64,000 nt of DNA, from positions 140,652 to 204,651 of IMG/VR virus record IMGVR_UViG_3300035703_000010; one strand, given 5' to 3'. Under the pieces are notes generated by a model that saw only the letters and a list, made by a program, of their open reading frames with translations, made no database searches and had not been told where the DNA came from. Shown here piece after piece: positions 64,000-64,000 of this stretch. Made by a program: the position numbers and the translations under genes. Numbering within the stretch: the stretch's first letter is position 1; each line of letters begins with the position of its first letter.

Positions 64000-64000
64000 T

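Larger units (their letters stand above)
1..64000. other. Fragment of a large tailed phage (jumbo/huge phage) genome
   Basis: Tail fibre, collagen fibre and tail-collar genes, homing endonuclease, many short tightly packed hypothetical ORFs, frequent strand switches, Shine-Dalgarno sites, and isolated bacterial-type genes (dnaE, groEL, infA, tilS) outside their normal operons. Confidence 0.88.

Noticed and set aside
1-64000. tRNA or other structural RNA genes
   Set aside because: GGTTCGA-like hits (for example near 7148, 11761, 42247, 44136 and 46092) all fall inside protein-coding genes, and the intergenic gaps show no cloverleaf
1-64000. Stop-codon reassignment as seen in some large phages
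   Set aside because: Recognisable proteins are full length under the standard code, and TAA, TAG and TGA all end genes at expected positions
1-64000. Bacterial chromosome or eukaryotic giant virus origin
   Set aside because: Housekeeping homologues are scattered singly among phage-type structural and hypothetical genes, which argues against a chromosome; SD sites, DnaE, IF-1 and a sigma70-like promoter argue against an NCLDV

Overview
This window is an AT-rich, densely coded fragment of a large tailed bacteriophage (jumbo or 'huge' phage). It uses the standard genetic code, and I saw no tRNA, rRNA or CRISPR array. Phage-like content includes a tail fibre, collagen-like fibres, a tail-collar domain, HNH nucleases and many small hypothetical ORFs. 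Bacterial-type content includes DnaE, GroEL, IF-1, TilS, ClpP, isocitrate lyase, SOD, Dps, IMPDH and a YeaH-SpoVR-PrkA triad. Highlights: (1) A predicted cytosine hypermodification pathway: a thymidylate-synthase homologue with Asp at the dUMP/dCMP specificity position, a dNMP kinase, a GT-B glycosyltransferase, two NDP-sugar epimerases, thymidine kinase and dCMP deaminase. (2) A 'fractured' dnaE, split by a natural trans-splicing intein around a free-standing zinc-finger/Vsr-like endonuclease gene whose start codon is locked in an 11-bp hairpin directly behind a putative late promoter. (3) A recurrent ATANNTA element (T4 TATAAATA-like), lying 4-7 nt upstream of ten start codons, which suggests leaderless late mRNAs. 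(4) About 19 otherwise unrelated proteins that share an amphipathic 'MKIT..LR.II.EE' leader, a candidate capsid-targeting or prohead-protease signal. (5) An actin-like ATPase paired with a small membrane protein. All calls come from motif recognition by eye; no database searches were run.
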